Assembly: GCA_965203805.1 (NCBI GenBank)
Contig: OZ241917.1
Location: 320,001-384,000 of the forward strand
DNA: 64,000 nucleotides
From: Candidatus Latescibacterota bacterium
GTDB lineage: Bacteria; Latescibacterota; UBA2968; GCA-2709665
Direction: 5' to 3'
The position numbers and the translations under genes were made by a program. The notes beneath the pieces are model-generated. The model had not been told where the DNA came from, did no database searches, and saw only the letters and a list, made by a program, of their open reading frames with translations. Shown here piece by piece: positions 9,592-20,039 of the stretch. Within the stretch, counting starts at the first letter, position 1. The number at the start of each line of letters is the position of its first letter.

Positions 9592-11745
9592 ATGATAAAA
9601 TTCTATGTGCGACGCATCTTCCTCTACTGCGGGTTCTGCGTGCTGGTGTACGCGGGCGTGGCGGGAGGGGTGGTACTGCGATTCAAGGACGAGTTGCCGT
9701 CGTTTGCGCAACTGGAGGAGGTTGAGCCCGCGCGAACCACGAGCATCATATCCGCCGACGGAGCGGTGCTGAAGCGGTTCTGGGTCGAGAATCGGGTGCC
9801 GATCACGTACGACCGGATTCCGGATACCGCAATATGGGCGCTGACCGCGACGGAGGATCAGCTCTACTGGCGTCATTGGGGCGTGAGCCTGCCCGATATT
9901 TTTCGCGCCGTATTGCGTAACCTGACGCAGGAAGGCAGTCTGAAGGGCCACGGCGCCAGCACAATTACGCAGCAGCTCGCCCGGAACCTGTTTCTGGATC
10001 AGAAACAGACATGGACGCGGAAGGTAAAGGAGCAGTTGACGGCCGTGCTGCTCGAACGGACGTACACGAAACAGGAAATCATCGAGATATATTTCAACAA
10101 GGTCCTGTTCGGCAACGGCGCGTACGGACTTCAGTCCGCGGCGGCGCGGTTCTTCGGCAAAGACGCGTCGGAACTGTCGCTGGATGAGTCGGCGCTGCTG
10201 GTCGGACTGCTCAGGGGACCCTACTTCTATTCACCGATCAACCATCCGCAACGCGCCATAGATCGCCGCGACCTCGTACTTCGTCTGATGCGAAACACGG
10301 GCAGAATCACTCAGGACCAATACCTGTCCGCCACGCGTCTGCCCATTGCCTTGAAGGATACCGCGGATGAAGAGCTCGGCGAAGCGCCGTATTTCACGGA
10401 GTACATTCGCCGGTACCTGGAGAACAACTACGGCTGGAATCTCCTGTACAAGGACGGCGCGTCGGTGCATACGACGGTGGACAGTCGAATGCAGTCCATT
10501 GCCGAGGAGATCCTGTTGAGCCACCTTGAGACGGTGCAGAAACGGGTGGATGCGAAACGCCGGCGGAGCCCGCCGGATTCGACGATCTGGGCGGGAATCA
10601 ATACGCGGGAAGACTCGCTGAGGGCCACGGTGGTACAGGGCGCGCTGATCGCTCTGGACACCCGCACGGGCCATATTCTGGCGATGGTGGGCGGCCGCGA
10701 CTTCACCGAGACCAAGTTCAACCGGGCCGTTCAGGCGCTGCGTCAGCCGGGATCGGCATTCAAGCCGATCATCTATGCATCGGCAATCGACCGCAAGATC
10801 CCGCCCACGCGCCGGTATCCGGATACGGCCGTTACCGTGGAAATGTACGACGGCAGCTTGTGGCGGCCCCAGAACTACGATCGGAAGTTCCTGGGCTGGA
10901 TGACCATGCGGGAAGGTCTCGCCATGTCCCGGAACGTGGTGACAACGAAAATTCTGGAGGAGATCGGGCCGCGGACCGCGGTGCGGCTGGCGAGGCGGAT
11001 GGGGATTACCAGCAGGATTCGGGCGGTGAAGTCTCTGGGCATGGGCACGAGTGAAGTGAAATTGATCGACCTCGTATCGGCATACGGGACGTTGCCCAAC
11101 GGCGGCATCCTGGTGGAACCGGTCGCCATTCTGAAGATCTCGGACAAGGACGGCAATGTTGTCGAAAGCCGGGTTCAGGGTAATGAGCACGAGGCGCTCA
11201 GTGCGGAGGCGGCCGCCGTTGCGACGAGCCTGCTCCGGTCCGTCATGGATATGTACAAGCGGACGCCAAAGGGAACCTGGCGCGGCACGGGCACAGGCGC
11301 CCGATCATACTACGGGTTTCGGCGGCCGGCGGCCGGAAAGACGGGTACCACACAGAACTTCGCGGACACGTGGTTCGTGGGCTTTACGCCGCAGATCGTG
11401 GCCGGCGTGTGGATAGGCTTCGACGATTATCGGGTTTCTCTCGGAAGCCGGATGTCGGGCGCGGTCGTGGCGTTGCCGGTATGGGCGAAATTCATGAATA
11501 AAGTACATCGCGCACTCAATTTGCCCGAGGAAGATTTCGCGCTGCCGCCGGATGTCGCCCAACTTGAGGTATGCGGCGATACCTATGAGGTGGCATCCAT
11601 ATACTGTCCGACGCGATTCGAGGAAGTCTTCGTGCCGGGCGCCGAACCGAAGTCTCCCTGTCCGGACCATACAGCGGCCGTCGTCCGGCAGCCCGACCTC
11701 CAGAAACAGGATCGGGAGAACGCGAAACGGGCGTATCAGTTTTAG
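9592..11745 (+). CDS. mrcA: Class A penicillin-binding protein (PBP1A family)
   Basis: N-terminal TM; transglycosylase ATED/GASTITQQLARN/RKVKE; transpeptidase SAFK, SRN and KTG motifs. Confidence 0.9.
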   Translation: MIKFYVRRIFLYCGFCVLVYAGVAGGVVLRFKDELPSFAQLEEVEPARTTSIISADGAVLKRFWVENRVPITYDRIPDTAIWALTATEDQLYWRHWGVSLPDIFRAVLRNLTQEGSLKGHGASTITQQLARNLFLDQKQTWTRKVKEQLTAVLLERTYTKQEIIEIYFNKVLFGNGAYGLQSAAARFFGKDASELSLDESALLVGLLRGPYFYSPINHPQRAIDRRDLVLRLMRNTGRITQDQYLSATRLPIALKDTADEELGEAPYFTEYIRRYLENNYGWNLLYKDGASVHTTVDSRMQSIAEEILLSHLETVQKRVDAKRRRSPPDSTIWAGINTREDSLRATVVQGALIALDTRTGHILAMVGGRDFTETKFNRAVQALRQPGSAFKPIIYASAIDRKIPPTRRYPDTAVTVEMYDGSLWRPQNYDRKFLGWMTMREGLAMSRNVVTTKILEEIGPRTAVRLARRMGITSRIRAVKSLGMGTSEVKLIDLVSAYGTLPNGGILVEPVAILKISDKDGNVVESRVQGNEHEALSAEAAAVATSLLRSVMDMYKRTPKGTWRGTGTGARSYYGFRRPAAGKTGTTQNFADTWFVGFTPQIVAGVWIGFDDYRVSLGSRMSGAVVALPVWAKFMNKVHRALNLPEEDFALPPDVAQLEVCGDTYEVASIYCPTRFEEVFVPGAEPKSPCPDHTAAVVRQPDLQKQDRENAKRAYQF

Positions 11746-11779
11746 TACCCCTGACGGCAGTGACCACTCAAACATGTCA

Positions 11780-11836
11780 CGGAGGCATCACAAAAAGCCC
11801 GGCGATATTCTCGCCGGGCTTTTTGTGATGCCTCCG
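11780..11836. terminator. Bidirectional intrinsic terminator between convergent PBP1A and secDF
   Basis: Long inverted repeat CGGAGGCATCACAAAAAGCCCGGCGA-tattc-TCGCCGGGCTTTTTGTGATGCCTCCG with A and T tracts on either side of the GC stem. Confidence 0.9.
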
Positions 11837-11846
11837 GGTTGCCGTG

Positions 11847-14405
11847 TTATGCGCGCGCGCGCGCCCGGCGGGAGGTCGCGGCTGCAGCCTCCTTGCGGCG
11901 ATCCGCCGCATTCTGCCAGACCAGCACGAGAGGACTGGCCACGAACGACGAGGAGTAGGTTCCCACGATGACCCCGATCATCAGTGCAAACGCAAAATCC
12001 CGAATGACCTCTCCGCCCAGGAGGAGCAGGCCCAGGACGACGAGCAGCGTTGTGCCTGAGGTCAGAACGGTACGATTGAGGCTTTCGTTGATACTCCGGT
12101 TGATGACCTCTTTCGAACTGTCTCGCCGGTAGAGCTTTCGATTTTCGCGAATGCGGTCGTACACCACGATGGTGTCGTTCAACGAATACCCGACGATCGT
12201 GAGCAGGGCGGCCACGATGGCGAGAGAGATCTCTTTGTCCATCAGGGAAAAAACGCCCAGCGTGATCAGCACGTCGTGAAATAGCGCCACGACAGCGGCG
12301 ATGCCGAACTGAATCTGCTTGAAGCGCCACCAGATGTAGAACACAATCAGAACCAGAGAGACGAGAATCGCATTGACCGCGTTCTGCTTCAGTTCGCTGC
12401 CGATCTTGGGCCCGACGGCCTCCTGGCGCCTCAGCCATTGCGCGGGATCGGGAATACTGGACGCGAATTCCGTCTTGAGCGTGTTCTTTATGGCGTCCGC
12501 CGTGGCGGTCCCTTCCGCTTCTTCCTCGACGCGAATCAGAATATCGGAAGCAGGTCCGAAGACCTTTATTTCGCTGTGTCTCAGGTCGCGTCTTTCGCCC
12601 TTCACGTCAACGTCTTCAAGGGAATCCCGCAGGTTGGCGACTTGCACCGGAGGATCGAAGTGCAACTCCAGCAGTGTGCCCCCAGCGAAGTCGATGCCCA
12701 GGTTGTAGCCGCCCCTGGTAATCGTGGAACCCAGACCGACCAGGATAACAAACACCGATAGCACGAACGCGGGCTTGCGCAGACTGAGAAAGTCGAATGA
12801 CGGGCGGCGGAATATGGTCATTCTGCCGATACTGATGGAGCTGAGTTGCCAGCGATTGATCGCGATATTGAAAAGGGTCCGTGTGACGAACAGCGCGGTG
12901 TACATGCTGCAGAGGATACCGACCATGAGCGTCAGCGCGAAGCCCCGGATCGGACCCGTTCCGAACTGGTAAAGCACAACTGCGGTGATTACCGTGGTAA
13001 TATTGGCGTCGACGATCGTAAGCAGCGCCCGGCCGTACCCGTCTTCGACGGCGACGCGAAGGGTCTTGCCGTTGCGCAGTTCCTCGCGGATTCGCTCGAA
13101 AATGAGCACGTTGGCGTCGACGGCCATGCCGATCGTGAGGATAATCCCGGCGATTCCGGGAAGGGTGAGCGTGCCGCCGAACCCGGCCAGGATCGCCATC
13201 ACAAACACGAGATTCAGGAATAACGCAAAATTGGCCACGAGCCCGGAAAGGCCGTAGTAGAGAACCATAAATACCATGACGATGGCCAGTCCGATCAGCG
13301 CGGCCTTACGTCCCTGCTCGATGGAGTCCCTTCCCAGAGAAGGGCCGACCGTCCGGTCTTCTACAATCGGCGCGTTGGCCGGCAGGGCCCCTGCCCGCAG
13401 CACGATAGCCAGATCCTTTGCCTCCTCCAGGTCGCCGCTGCCTTCGATAATGGACCGCCCATCACGGATCTTCGCGCGAATGGTGGGCGCCGAGTAGATC
13501 TGGTCGTCGAGAATGATGGCCATGCGTTCTTCGAGGTGGGCCCCGGTCACACGGGAGAAGAGCTTGATGCCGTCGTTCGTTGTGGTAAAGTTGATAATGG
13601 GCTGACCCGCATTCTCAAAACTCTGACCCTTTGTGACCTTGGCATCCTGGACGATTTCGCCGGTCATTTCAATGCGTTTATACAGATAATAAAGCCGCCG
13701 GTACTTCTGGCCGTCTCCGAGTTCCTCCACTTCATTCCCCCACAGGAACTGGGTATCGCCGGGGATGAGTCCCACGACTTCCGGATCTTCAAACAGAAGT
13801 GCTTTTACCGTCTGTATTCTGTCGGCGGGAACGATCAGATCTTCGCCGAGCGAGAGCACGTACCGCTTGATTGAGGGTTTTTCATCGGCGGCGTCCTCTT
13901 CAAAGAGGCCGGCCGCGTCCTTTCTCGTGGTGTCTTCCCCGGCGCGTGCGGCCAGGCGCGTTTCGATTCTGTCGAGTAGGCCGAAGCGGTCGGGTACCGG
14001 CGCGAGGATCTTGAATTCGAGGCGAGCCTGCGTCTGTATGAGATTCTTGGCACGCTCCACGTCCTGTACGCCGGGCAGTTCGACCACGATACGCCACTCG
14101 CCTTCTCTATGGATAATGGGTTCGGCCACGCCGAACTGATCCACCCGGTTGGTGATGATTTCCTTCACGCGGTCCACAACGTCCGCCCGTTCATCTTCCG
14201 AGAGACCGGTGGGGTCCACTTCGAGAACCAGATGGATACCGCCCTGGAGGTCCAGCCCCAGGTTGACGGCTTCCCGTTTGACGGCTTCAAGTCTATCAGG
14301 GTCCACCGGCGGATCGAAATAATACCGGTACGTCGGAAAGAGGTAGTACAGGGCCAGCAGGATGGATGCAAGGATAATCAGGATTCGGACGTTATCTCTT
14401 TTCAT
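11847..14405 (-). CDS. secDF: Fused protein translocase subunit SecDF
   Basis: LGLDLQGG, GMAVDANVLIFERIREE (SecD); LGIDFAGG and GYSLNDTIVVYDRIRE (SecF). Confidence 0.96.
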   Translation of the reverse strand: MKRDNVRILIILASILLALYYLFPTYRYYFDPPVDPDRLEAVKREAVNLGLDLQGGIHLVLEVDPTGLSEDERADVVDRVKEIITNRVDQFGVAEPIIHREGEWRIVVELPGVQDVERAKNLIQTQARLEFKILAPVPDRFGLLDRIETRLAARAGEDTTRKDAAGLFEEDAADEKPSIKRYVLSLGEDLIVPADRIQTVKALLFEDPEVVGLIPGDTQFLWGNEVEELGDGQKYRRLYYLYKRIEMTGEIVQDAKVTKGQSFENAGQPIINFTTTNDGIKLFSRVTGAHLEERMAIILDDQIYSAPTIRAKIRDGRSIIEGSGDLEEAKDLAIVLRAGALPANAPIVEDRTVGPSLGRDSIEQGRKAALIGLAIVMVFMVLYYGLSGLVANFALFLNLVFVMAILAGFGGTLTLPGIAGIILTIGMAVDANVLIFERIREELRNGKTLRVAVEDGYGRALLTIVDANITTVITAVVLYQFGTGPIRGFALTLMVGILCSMYTALFVTRTLFNIAINRWQLSSISIGRMTIFRRPSFDFLSLRKPAFVLSVFVILVGLGSTITRGGYNLGIDFAGGTLLELHFDPPVQVANLRDSLEDVDVKGERRDLRHSEIKVFGPASDILIRVEEEAEGTATADAIKNTLKTEFASSIPDPAQWLRRQEAVGPKIGSELKQNAVNAILVSLVLIVFYIWWRFKQIQFGIAAVVALFHDVLITLGVFSLMDKEISLAIVAALLTIVGYSLNDTIVVYDRIRENRKLYRRDSSKEVINRSINESLNRTVLTSGTTLLVVLGLLLLGGEVIRDFAFALMIGVIVGTYSSSFVASPLVLVWQNAADRRKEAAAATSRRARARA

Positions 14406-14481
14406 TTTTGGGTCTTGACTCCTGTAAACGCGACGGATCCGGGATTGGAACGGCGCCGGTCGCCTCTGGGGTCGCGTCGAC

Positions 14482-15447
14482 CTACTTGTGTCGATCGACC
14501 ACGTGTCTTACGGCGAGTTCCAATGCATTTCGGGCGTCCGACGAATTCAGTTCGGCCAGGCTCTTCAGGCCGGAGGAGGCATACTGCCGCGCTTCCCGGC
14601 GGGCGGCTTCGAAACCGTCGTAACGCCTTACGAAGTGGAAGACTTCCTGGAGTTCGGCATCGGATTGAATGCCGTTGCGCACTTTTTTCTGAATCTGTTC
14701 GGCGTCGCCGTTGGGGCAATTGGCCAGCGCGCGAATCAGTGGCAACGTCAGTTTTTTCTCACGTACGTCCGTGCCCACCGGCTTTCCCAGAGACGCTTCG
14801 TCCCCGATAAAGTCCAGCAGATCGTCGGTAATCTGGAAGGCGATTCCCACTTCCTTGCCAAACGCGGACATCCGCGAGACCTGCTCGGGTGTGCCGCCTC
14901 CCAATATGGCGCCAACCTCGCAGGCCAATGCCATCAGCGATGCCGTCTTCTTGTCGATCATGTTGAAATAACGCGCCGCTTCAGCGTCGTTTCCGCTCTC
15001 CTCCTCCAGTATCTCACCCTCGATCATCCGGCTGACTGCGCGTGTGGCGGCTCGCATGACCTCCATGGAATCGAGACCGACCAGCAGCTGTAGTGCCCTG
15101 GCCAGCAGGAAGTCTCCCATCAGAACGGCCGCTTTATTGCCCCATCTCAGGTTGAGGACCTCCGCGCCCCGGCGTTTGTCGGCAAGGTCGATCACGTCAT
15201 CGTGGATAAGCGTCGCCGTGTGGATGATTTCAATGCCCGCGGCGGCATCCACCACCCTGTCGGAACATTGTCCGATAGCCTGTGCGGTAAGTAGAGAAAG
15301 AGCCGGACGAATGATTTTGCCCTTGGTCGTCAGTATGTGGCTGCCCATGGCCTGAACCAGATTGACATCGGAGGCCAGCGTCTCCGTGAATCGCATTTCG
15401 AAACGCCGGATCTGTGGCTGAATGGGCTTAAGAATCTGATCTAACAT
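14482..15447 (-). CDS. ispB: Polyprenyl (octaprenyl/heptaprenyl) diphosphate synthase
   Basis: GKIIRP, LIHDDVID..RRG (FARM) and FQITDDLLD (SARM). Confidence 0.88.
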   Translation of the reverse strand: MLDQILKPIQPQIRRFEMRFTETLASDVNLVQAMGSHILTTKGKIIRPALSLLTAQAIGQCSDRVVDAAAGIEIIHTATLIHDDVIDLADKRRGAEVLNLRWGNKAAVLMGDFLLARALQLLVGLDSMEVMRAATRAVSRMIEGEILEEESGNDAEAARYFNMIDKKTASLMALACEVGAILGGGTPEQVSRMSAFGKEVGIAFQITDDLLDFIGDEASLGKPVGTDVREKKLTLPLIRALANCPNGDAEQIQKKVRNGIQSDAELQEVFHFVRRYDGFEAARREARQYASSGLKSLAELNSSDARNALELAVRHVVDRHK

Positions 15448-15525
15448 AGGGCTTCAGGACGGCGGTTCGCGAACCGGAAATCAACCTTCGGATGCTGACG
15501 TTGAAAGATTGGGATAAGACCTTTC

Positions 15526-15554
15526 AACCTAACAAAAACGAGTGTATTTGTCAA
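15526..15554 (-). promoter_or_regulatory. Putative sigma70 promoter for ispB-secDF
   Basis: Minus strand TTGACA-17 nt-TAGGTT; -35 overlaps the stop codon of the upstream gene. Confidence 0.5.
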
Positions 15555-18286
15555 TCATTAGCTGGATGTTCGGTACTGACGCTTGATACGATTTTCCACG
15601 TCCTGGCGGGTATGGCATCGTACCCGATACCGTCCCGTTTGGTGTAGACGCGTGCCGATCGGTCGTCCGATTCGATGTGAAGGATGGGAAAGCCCGTATC
15701 ATAGGGGCCGCCCCGGACCAGCAGCGTGCCGCCGGCGAGATGCCGTTCGTCCAGCGGCCGGTCGATCCGGTACAGGCTGGTGACGTTGTCCGTGATCACG
15801 TCCGAAATCGTTCCACGCAGGACCGGATCCTGAAGTTCGAGCACGTGGTCGTTCAGCCTGGATGTCGTGCCGCCGATAAGATATGCGAACGTCAGTTTCC
15901 CGTCAGATGTCAGGGAGAATACGGTAACGCGGCCATTCGATTCGAGGGAACCTTCCGGAAAGTCGAAAACAGCGGTTCGACCCTCCCGGCAGACCGCCAC
16001 AAGATCGGTGCCCGATTCATGCGTAACCCGGACACCCACGGCATCACGGTTCCCGGAATCCACGCGCGCCACTGACGTTACGAACGAACGAATACGCGGA
16101 CTGACGTCGAAGAGGCCAAGATAGACGCTGTCGGCAGGGGCGCCGGTCCGGCGGCGGATGACGTAAGGAACGGTCTCCCCGGTCTTGACGTCGTCCCGTG
16201 AGCCGGTGCCCCGTTCGCCCCACCCCGATCCGACAAGCACCTGCTCCCTGCCGTCCGGCAGCGCGTAGGCGGTGAACCGCTGGTCATCCCGGTCGAAGTG
16301 GATGGACCAGGGCGCGTCTGCGCGAGCGGCCGTCACGTTTTCCAGATCGTGCCAGGCGGCGTCGGTCGGTTGCGGCTCCAGTTTGCGGAGTGTTCCTTCC
16401 GCCGCCGGCCCGTGGAACAGATAGTCGTGAACACGGCCGCCGTTGACATGGAAACAGTCGAGCAGATAGCTCCCCGCGGCGCCGTGGTCGATAACTGTGC
16501 ACAGGCGGCGATAGGTGTCGATATCGTAAGCCCGGGAAGAGACCTCGGCCGCCTTTACGGGACCGCCGGTGTCAAACAGGTGCAGGCTGCCGCCCCGGCC
16601 GTCACGCTTCTGTTCCTGCTCGTCGACGATCACGGTGTTGTGCGCGATGGTTCGAACGGTGTTGTACTTGTCGGGCCGGTCCCAGAGGTATCCGAGGTCG
16701 GTCAGGGCTTCGTACCCGTCCTTCCAGTAAACAAGGTTCAGACTGTCCTCGTGGTGATGCCCACCCCAATCGGAGGCGCTCAGAAGGGCGGTACTCGCGC
16801 GTCCGCGTTCGCCGGTGCGCAGGAGGCCGATGCGGAGGGCGGGAAAGAACCGGTCGGTCAGGACGAGGGGCGCCGACGGGTCGGCTTTCAAGTCCGGAGC
16901 GCGGTGGAAGAGGGCGTACTCCCCGCCGTGATTATCCAGATCGAATTCGCACAGTTCCGCGAGGAGGGCGATGTGGTTCGCGCCGCCGTATCGTGCGGCG
17001 ATGATTTCGGCAATGTCGACGGGCATCCTGCACGCGGTCACGTCGTCGGCGATGACGCCATAGCCCAGATCGGGCATGGGACTGGCGACGTATCCCTCCA
17101 GTACGGCCCTGTAACGGCTGTCGCCGTAGATGTCCAGTTCCCGCCGCCGGCGTTCCGGCAAGGCGGAGTCCTCGGGGAAGGAGTACCCATGCGCCGCATC
17201 TGCGAAATGCCGAATGCCGTTGAGCGTCATAAATCCGTAACCGGGCGATTCGGAACTCATACCGTCTTCAAGAAACCAGTCGTAGACGAAATGATCGAAC
17301 CCGTCCAGGCCAAAACGGACGAGATCCGGTTGGTCGAGACAAAGGCCGACAAGGCCCGCGGCAGAGCGGTTGGTGGCGCTCTTGTTATTGAAGTTCGGAT
17401 CCGCGAGCAGAAGGATCGTACTTTCAAGCAGGAGATCGCGTTCGATCTTTCTGCGGACGACCGGAGTGTACACGGGTCGGCCGTCGGCCTCCGCGCCGTG
17501 CGTGAGGTCGTAGGCGACGGTGACGTCGGAGACGAACGTGCCTTCCATGCCCACGCCCGTGGCGCGTCCGGCCATCCAGTATCCCACGTGCAGTTTACGG
17601 TCCGGCCGGTTTGGCGGGACCACAAGTTCCGGACTGGGCAGATCCAGGATATTTCTCGCGGCGACATCCGCCGGCGCGTCCGAGAATTCGCCGTACCCGG
17701 AGTGAACCATATAGCCGGGATAAACCTCGGCGAATCGCAGGAGGATATCCCTGGCGTTTTCGGCGTGCCGGACCTCCTGCGTCAGGACATAGGCCAGCGC
17801 GCACTGACGCGCCATTCGCGCCATATACTCGCATTTGCGGGCACGGATGTTGGCGGTCCATGAAGACACGAAGGGAAACCCGATGAGGTCCCAGTGCCTG
17901 CCTGTGTAATACGTGATTTCCTGACCCCCGCCGAATTCAGTCCTGAACACGACCTCTTCCGGGAAGTCCGAATTGGGGTAGACGGTCCTGCAGGTCGTGC
18001 AGACCAGTTGATCGGGATTCTCCGGTCTCCATTCATAGTGTCCGTGTACCGGGGCCGCTTCGCAGACGGGGCACATGGTAAAGAGTTCGCTGTTTGGCGT
18101 TTCGCGGGGAATCCATCGCTTCAGATCGTCTGCCGTCGTGTCGCGTACTGTGGCCACCGCCTCCAGGAGATTCTCCAGAAATCGCTGCGCCCAGGCGTGG
18201 CGCTGGATGTTTTCGCGGGCGATTTCCAGATCCTGTGTCTTGAACACGGTCCTGGGGTGTCGTTCTGGATTGGTATGGGTCTCCAT
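15551..18286 (-). CDS. Heparinase II/III-like polysaccharide lyase with N-terminal CxxC...CxxC insert
   Basis: DGMSSESPGYG, GHHHEDSLN, DLGY and AHNTVIVD motifs typical of Hepar_II_III; CPVC and CTTC near the N-terminus; no signal peptide. Confidence 0.75.
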   Translation of the reverse strand: METHTNPERHPRTVFKTQDLEIARENIQRHAWAQRFLENLLEAVATVRDTTADDLKRWIPRETPNSELFTMCPVCEAAPVHGHYEWRPENPDQLVCTTCRTVYPNSDFPEEVVFRTEFGGGQEITYYTGRHWDLIGFPFVSSWTANIRARKCEYMARMARQCALAYVLTQEVRHAENARDILLRFAEVYPGYMVHSGYGEFSDAPADVAARNILDLPSPELVVPPNRPDRKLHVGYWMAGRATGVGMEGTFVSDVTVAYDLTHGAEADGRPVYTPVVRRKIERDLLLESTILLLADPNFNNKSATNRSAAGLVGLCLDQPDLVRFGLDGFDHFVYDWFLEDGMSSESPGYGFMTLNGIRHFADAAHGYSFPEDSALPERRRRELDIYGDSRYRAVLEGYVASPMPDLGYGVIADDVTACRMPVDIAEIIAARYGGANHIALLAELCEFDLDNHGGEYALFHRAPDLKADPSAPLVLTDRFFPALRIGLLRTGERGRASTALLSASDWGGHHHEDSLNLVYWKDGYEALTDLGYLWDRPDKYNTVRTIAHNTVIVDEQEQKRDGRGGSLHLFDTGGPVKAAEVSSRAYDIDTYRRLCTVIDHGAAGSYLLDCFHVNGGRVHDYLFHGPAAEGTLRKLEPQPTDAAWHDLENVTAARADAPWSIHFDRDDQRFTAYALPDGREQVLVGSGWGERGTGSRDDVKTGETVPYVIRRRTGAPADSVYLGLFDVSPRIRSFVTSVARVDSGNRDAVGVRVTHESGTDLVAVCREGRTAVFDFPEGSLESNGRVTVFSLTSDGKLTFAYLIGGTTSRLNDHVLELQDPVLRGTISDVITDNVTSLYRIDRPLDERHLAGGTLLVRGGPYDTGFPILHIESDDRSARVYTKRDGIGYDAIPARTWKIVSSVSTEHPAND

Positions 18287-18400
18287 TTTGCTCTCGCTTC
18301 GCGTCTGACTTCGAACCTCCGGGCGTACCGTCCCGGATGGATTGATGATTTTCGGGATGCGGGTGATCCGGGTCCCGGCGCGCCGTCGCCGTGACGTCTG

Positions 18401-19147
18401 CTATCCGCGCGCCCGCCCCAGATAGTCGGCCGCCCCGGCGGCGATCCAGGGTCCGATATTGGTCAACAGAAAGCGTGCGCCAAGCCCCGTGTACTTCGCC
18501 ACGTTATCGTTTCCGGTCAGGGTGCCTGGCGTGCGTCCCGCGTCCCTGATGCGGGCGAGGGTCTCGTCGACCGTGCGTTGAACGTCGGGATGGTCGTTGT
18601 TTCCGATGTGGCCCATTGAGGCGGCCAGATCCGACGGAGCGACAAAGAAGACATCGATCTGATCTACTTCGAGGATGGGATCCAGGCTCCGAACCGCGGC
18701 GATATCCTCGATGAGCACGACGAGAAGGGTCTCGTCGTTCGCGGCGTGCAGGTAGTCGGGTACGCCATAGCCCTGGCGGCTGGTGAAGAGGCCGCGATTG
18801 CCTGCCGGCGCGAATTTTCCGCCGTCGACCACATTGCGCGCCTCCGCTTCCGTGTTGACGTGGGGAACGACGATGCCCTGTGCGCCCCGGTCCAGTGTGC
18901 GGTATATCAGGGCCTGATCGTTGCGGTTGACCCTGACGATCGAGGTCATTCCCCAGATGTCGCAAGCCCTCGTGAGGTTGCCCAGGTCGGCCGCGTTTAC
19001 GGGGCCGTGTTCTCCTTCCAGCCAGACGCCATCGAAGCCGGTATGGCCGAAGGCGTCGATGTCGTCGGGATGCGTCAGACCGCCTGCAACGCAGGCGATT
19101 CCGCCGTCGGCGAGTACTCGTTTGACTCGGTTGGGTCGGATGGTCAA
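18401..19147 (-). CDS. HpcH/HpaI aldolase family protein
   Basis: GFDGVWLEGEHG, LDRGAQGIVVPHV, IED and FVAPSDL motifs; TTG start after AGGAG RBS. Confidence 0.88.
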   Translation of the reverse strand: MTIRPNRVKRVLADGGIACVAGGLTHPDDIDAFGHTGFDGVWLEGEHGPVNAADLGNLTRACDIWGMTSIVRVNRNDQALIYRTLDRGAQGIVVPHVNTEAEARNVVDGGKFAPAGNRGLFTSRQGYGVPDYLHAANDETLLVVLIEDIAAVRSLDPILEVDQIDVFFVAPSDLAASMGHIGNNDHPDVQRTVDETLARIRDAGRTPGTLTGNDNVAKYTGLGARFLLTNIGPWIAAGAADYLGRARG

Positions 19148-19223
19148 GGGCGATTCTCCTTTTCGTGTGGACCGTCGGGCCTGCGACAGTTGTAGACCCG
19201 GGCAGGTCTTGCGCGGGGAACGG

Positions 19224-19988
19224 TTAGAGATCGATACTGACGGGGGCATGGTCCGAAACGGTCAGCCCGGACCGGCGGTGTACGGTGGCGGTACGGAAAC
19301 GTCCGGCGACCGCGGCATTGCCGAGCAGGTAGTCGATTCGCCAGCCCCGATCCAGTTCGCGGGCCCTCCCGCGATTGGACCACCACGAATAGGGCCCCTG
19401 CACGTCTCCGAAATGCTGCCGGACCAGGTCGTTCCAGCCCGCAGCCAGCAGGTCGGTCATCCACTGCCTTTCGTGGGGCAGGAATCCCGAGTTCTTTTCG
19501 TTCCCTTTAGCATAGAATATGTCTTTCTCCGTGTGAGCGATGTTGAAGTCGCCGCCAAGAATCACGGGCTCGTCCGGTTTCGTGTATTGCCTTGACCAGG
19601 GCAGAAACCTGGCCATCCAGTGTTCTTCCTTGATCTCTTGTCGGGCCTGGCTGGATGAGCCGGAGGGAAGGTAGACGTTGACCACCCGGACACCGTTTAT
19701 CCGCGCCTGAAGGATGCGTCCTTCCGGATCGGACTCGTGGATCCCCTTGCCGAGGATCTCGATCCGGTGACGGGACCAGATCGCAACTCCGGAATACCCC
19801 TTGCGTTCCGCGGGATGCCAGTGGACATGCCAGCCGCGCGGATTCATCCACCGACCGGGAAGCTGCTCGGGCATCGCACGGACTTCCTGGAGGAGGAGCA
19901 CGTCCGGCGCGATTCGGCGGACGTGTCGGGCAAAGCCCTTGCGCAGTGCGGCGCGGAGGCCGTTCACGTTCCAGGTGGTAATTCGCAT
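19224..19988 (-). CDS. xth: Exodeoxyribonuclease III (AP endonuclease)
   Basis: TWNVNGLRA, LQE, GYSGVA, GDFNIAH, GWRIDY and SDHAPV motifs. Confidence 0.95.
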   Translation of the reverse strand: MRITTWNVNGLRAALRKGFARHVRRIAPDVLLLQEVRAMPEQLPGRWMNPRGWHVHWHPAERKGYSGVAIWSRHRIEILGKGIHESDPEGRILQARINGVRVVNVYLPSGSSSQARQEIKEEHWMARFLPWSRQYTKPDEPVILGGDFNIAHTEKDIFYAKGNEKNSGFLPHERQWMTDLLAAGWNDLVRQHFGDVQGPYSWWSNRGRARELDRGWRIDYLLGNAAVAGRFRTATVHRRSGLTVSDHAPVSIDL

Positions 19989-20039
19989 AGGCCGGATGGG
20001 TCTGAGACCATTGTGGGTATGCCCGCGGCGGGCGCGGCT

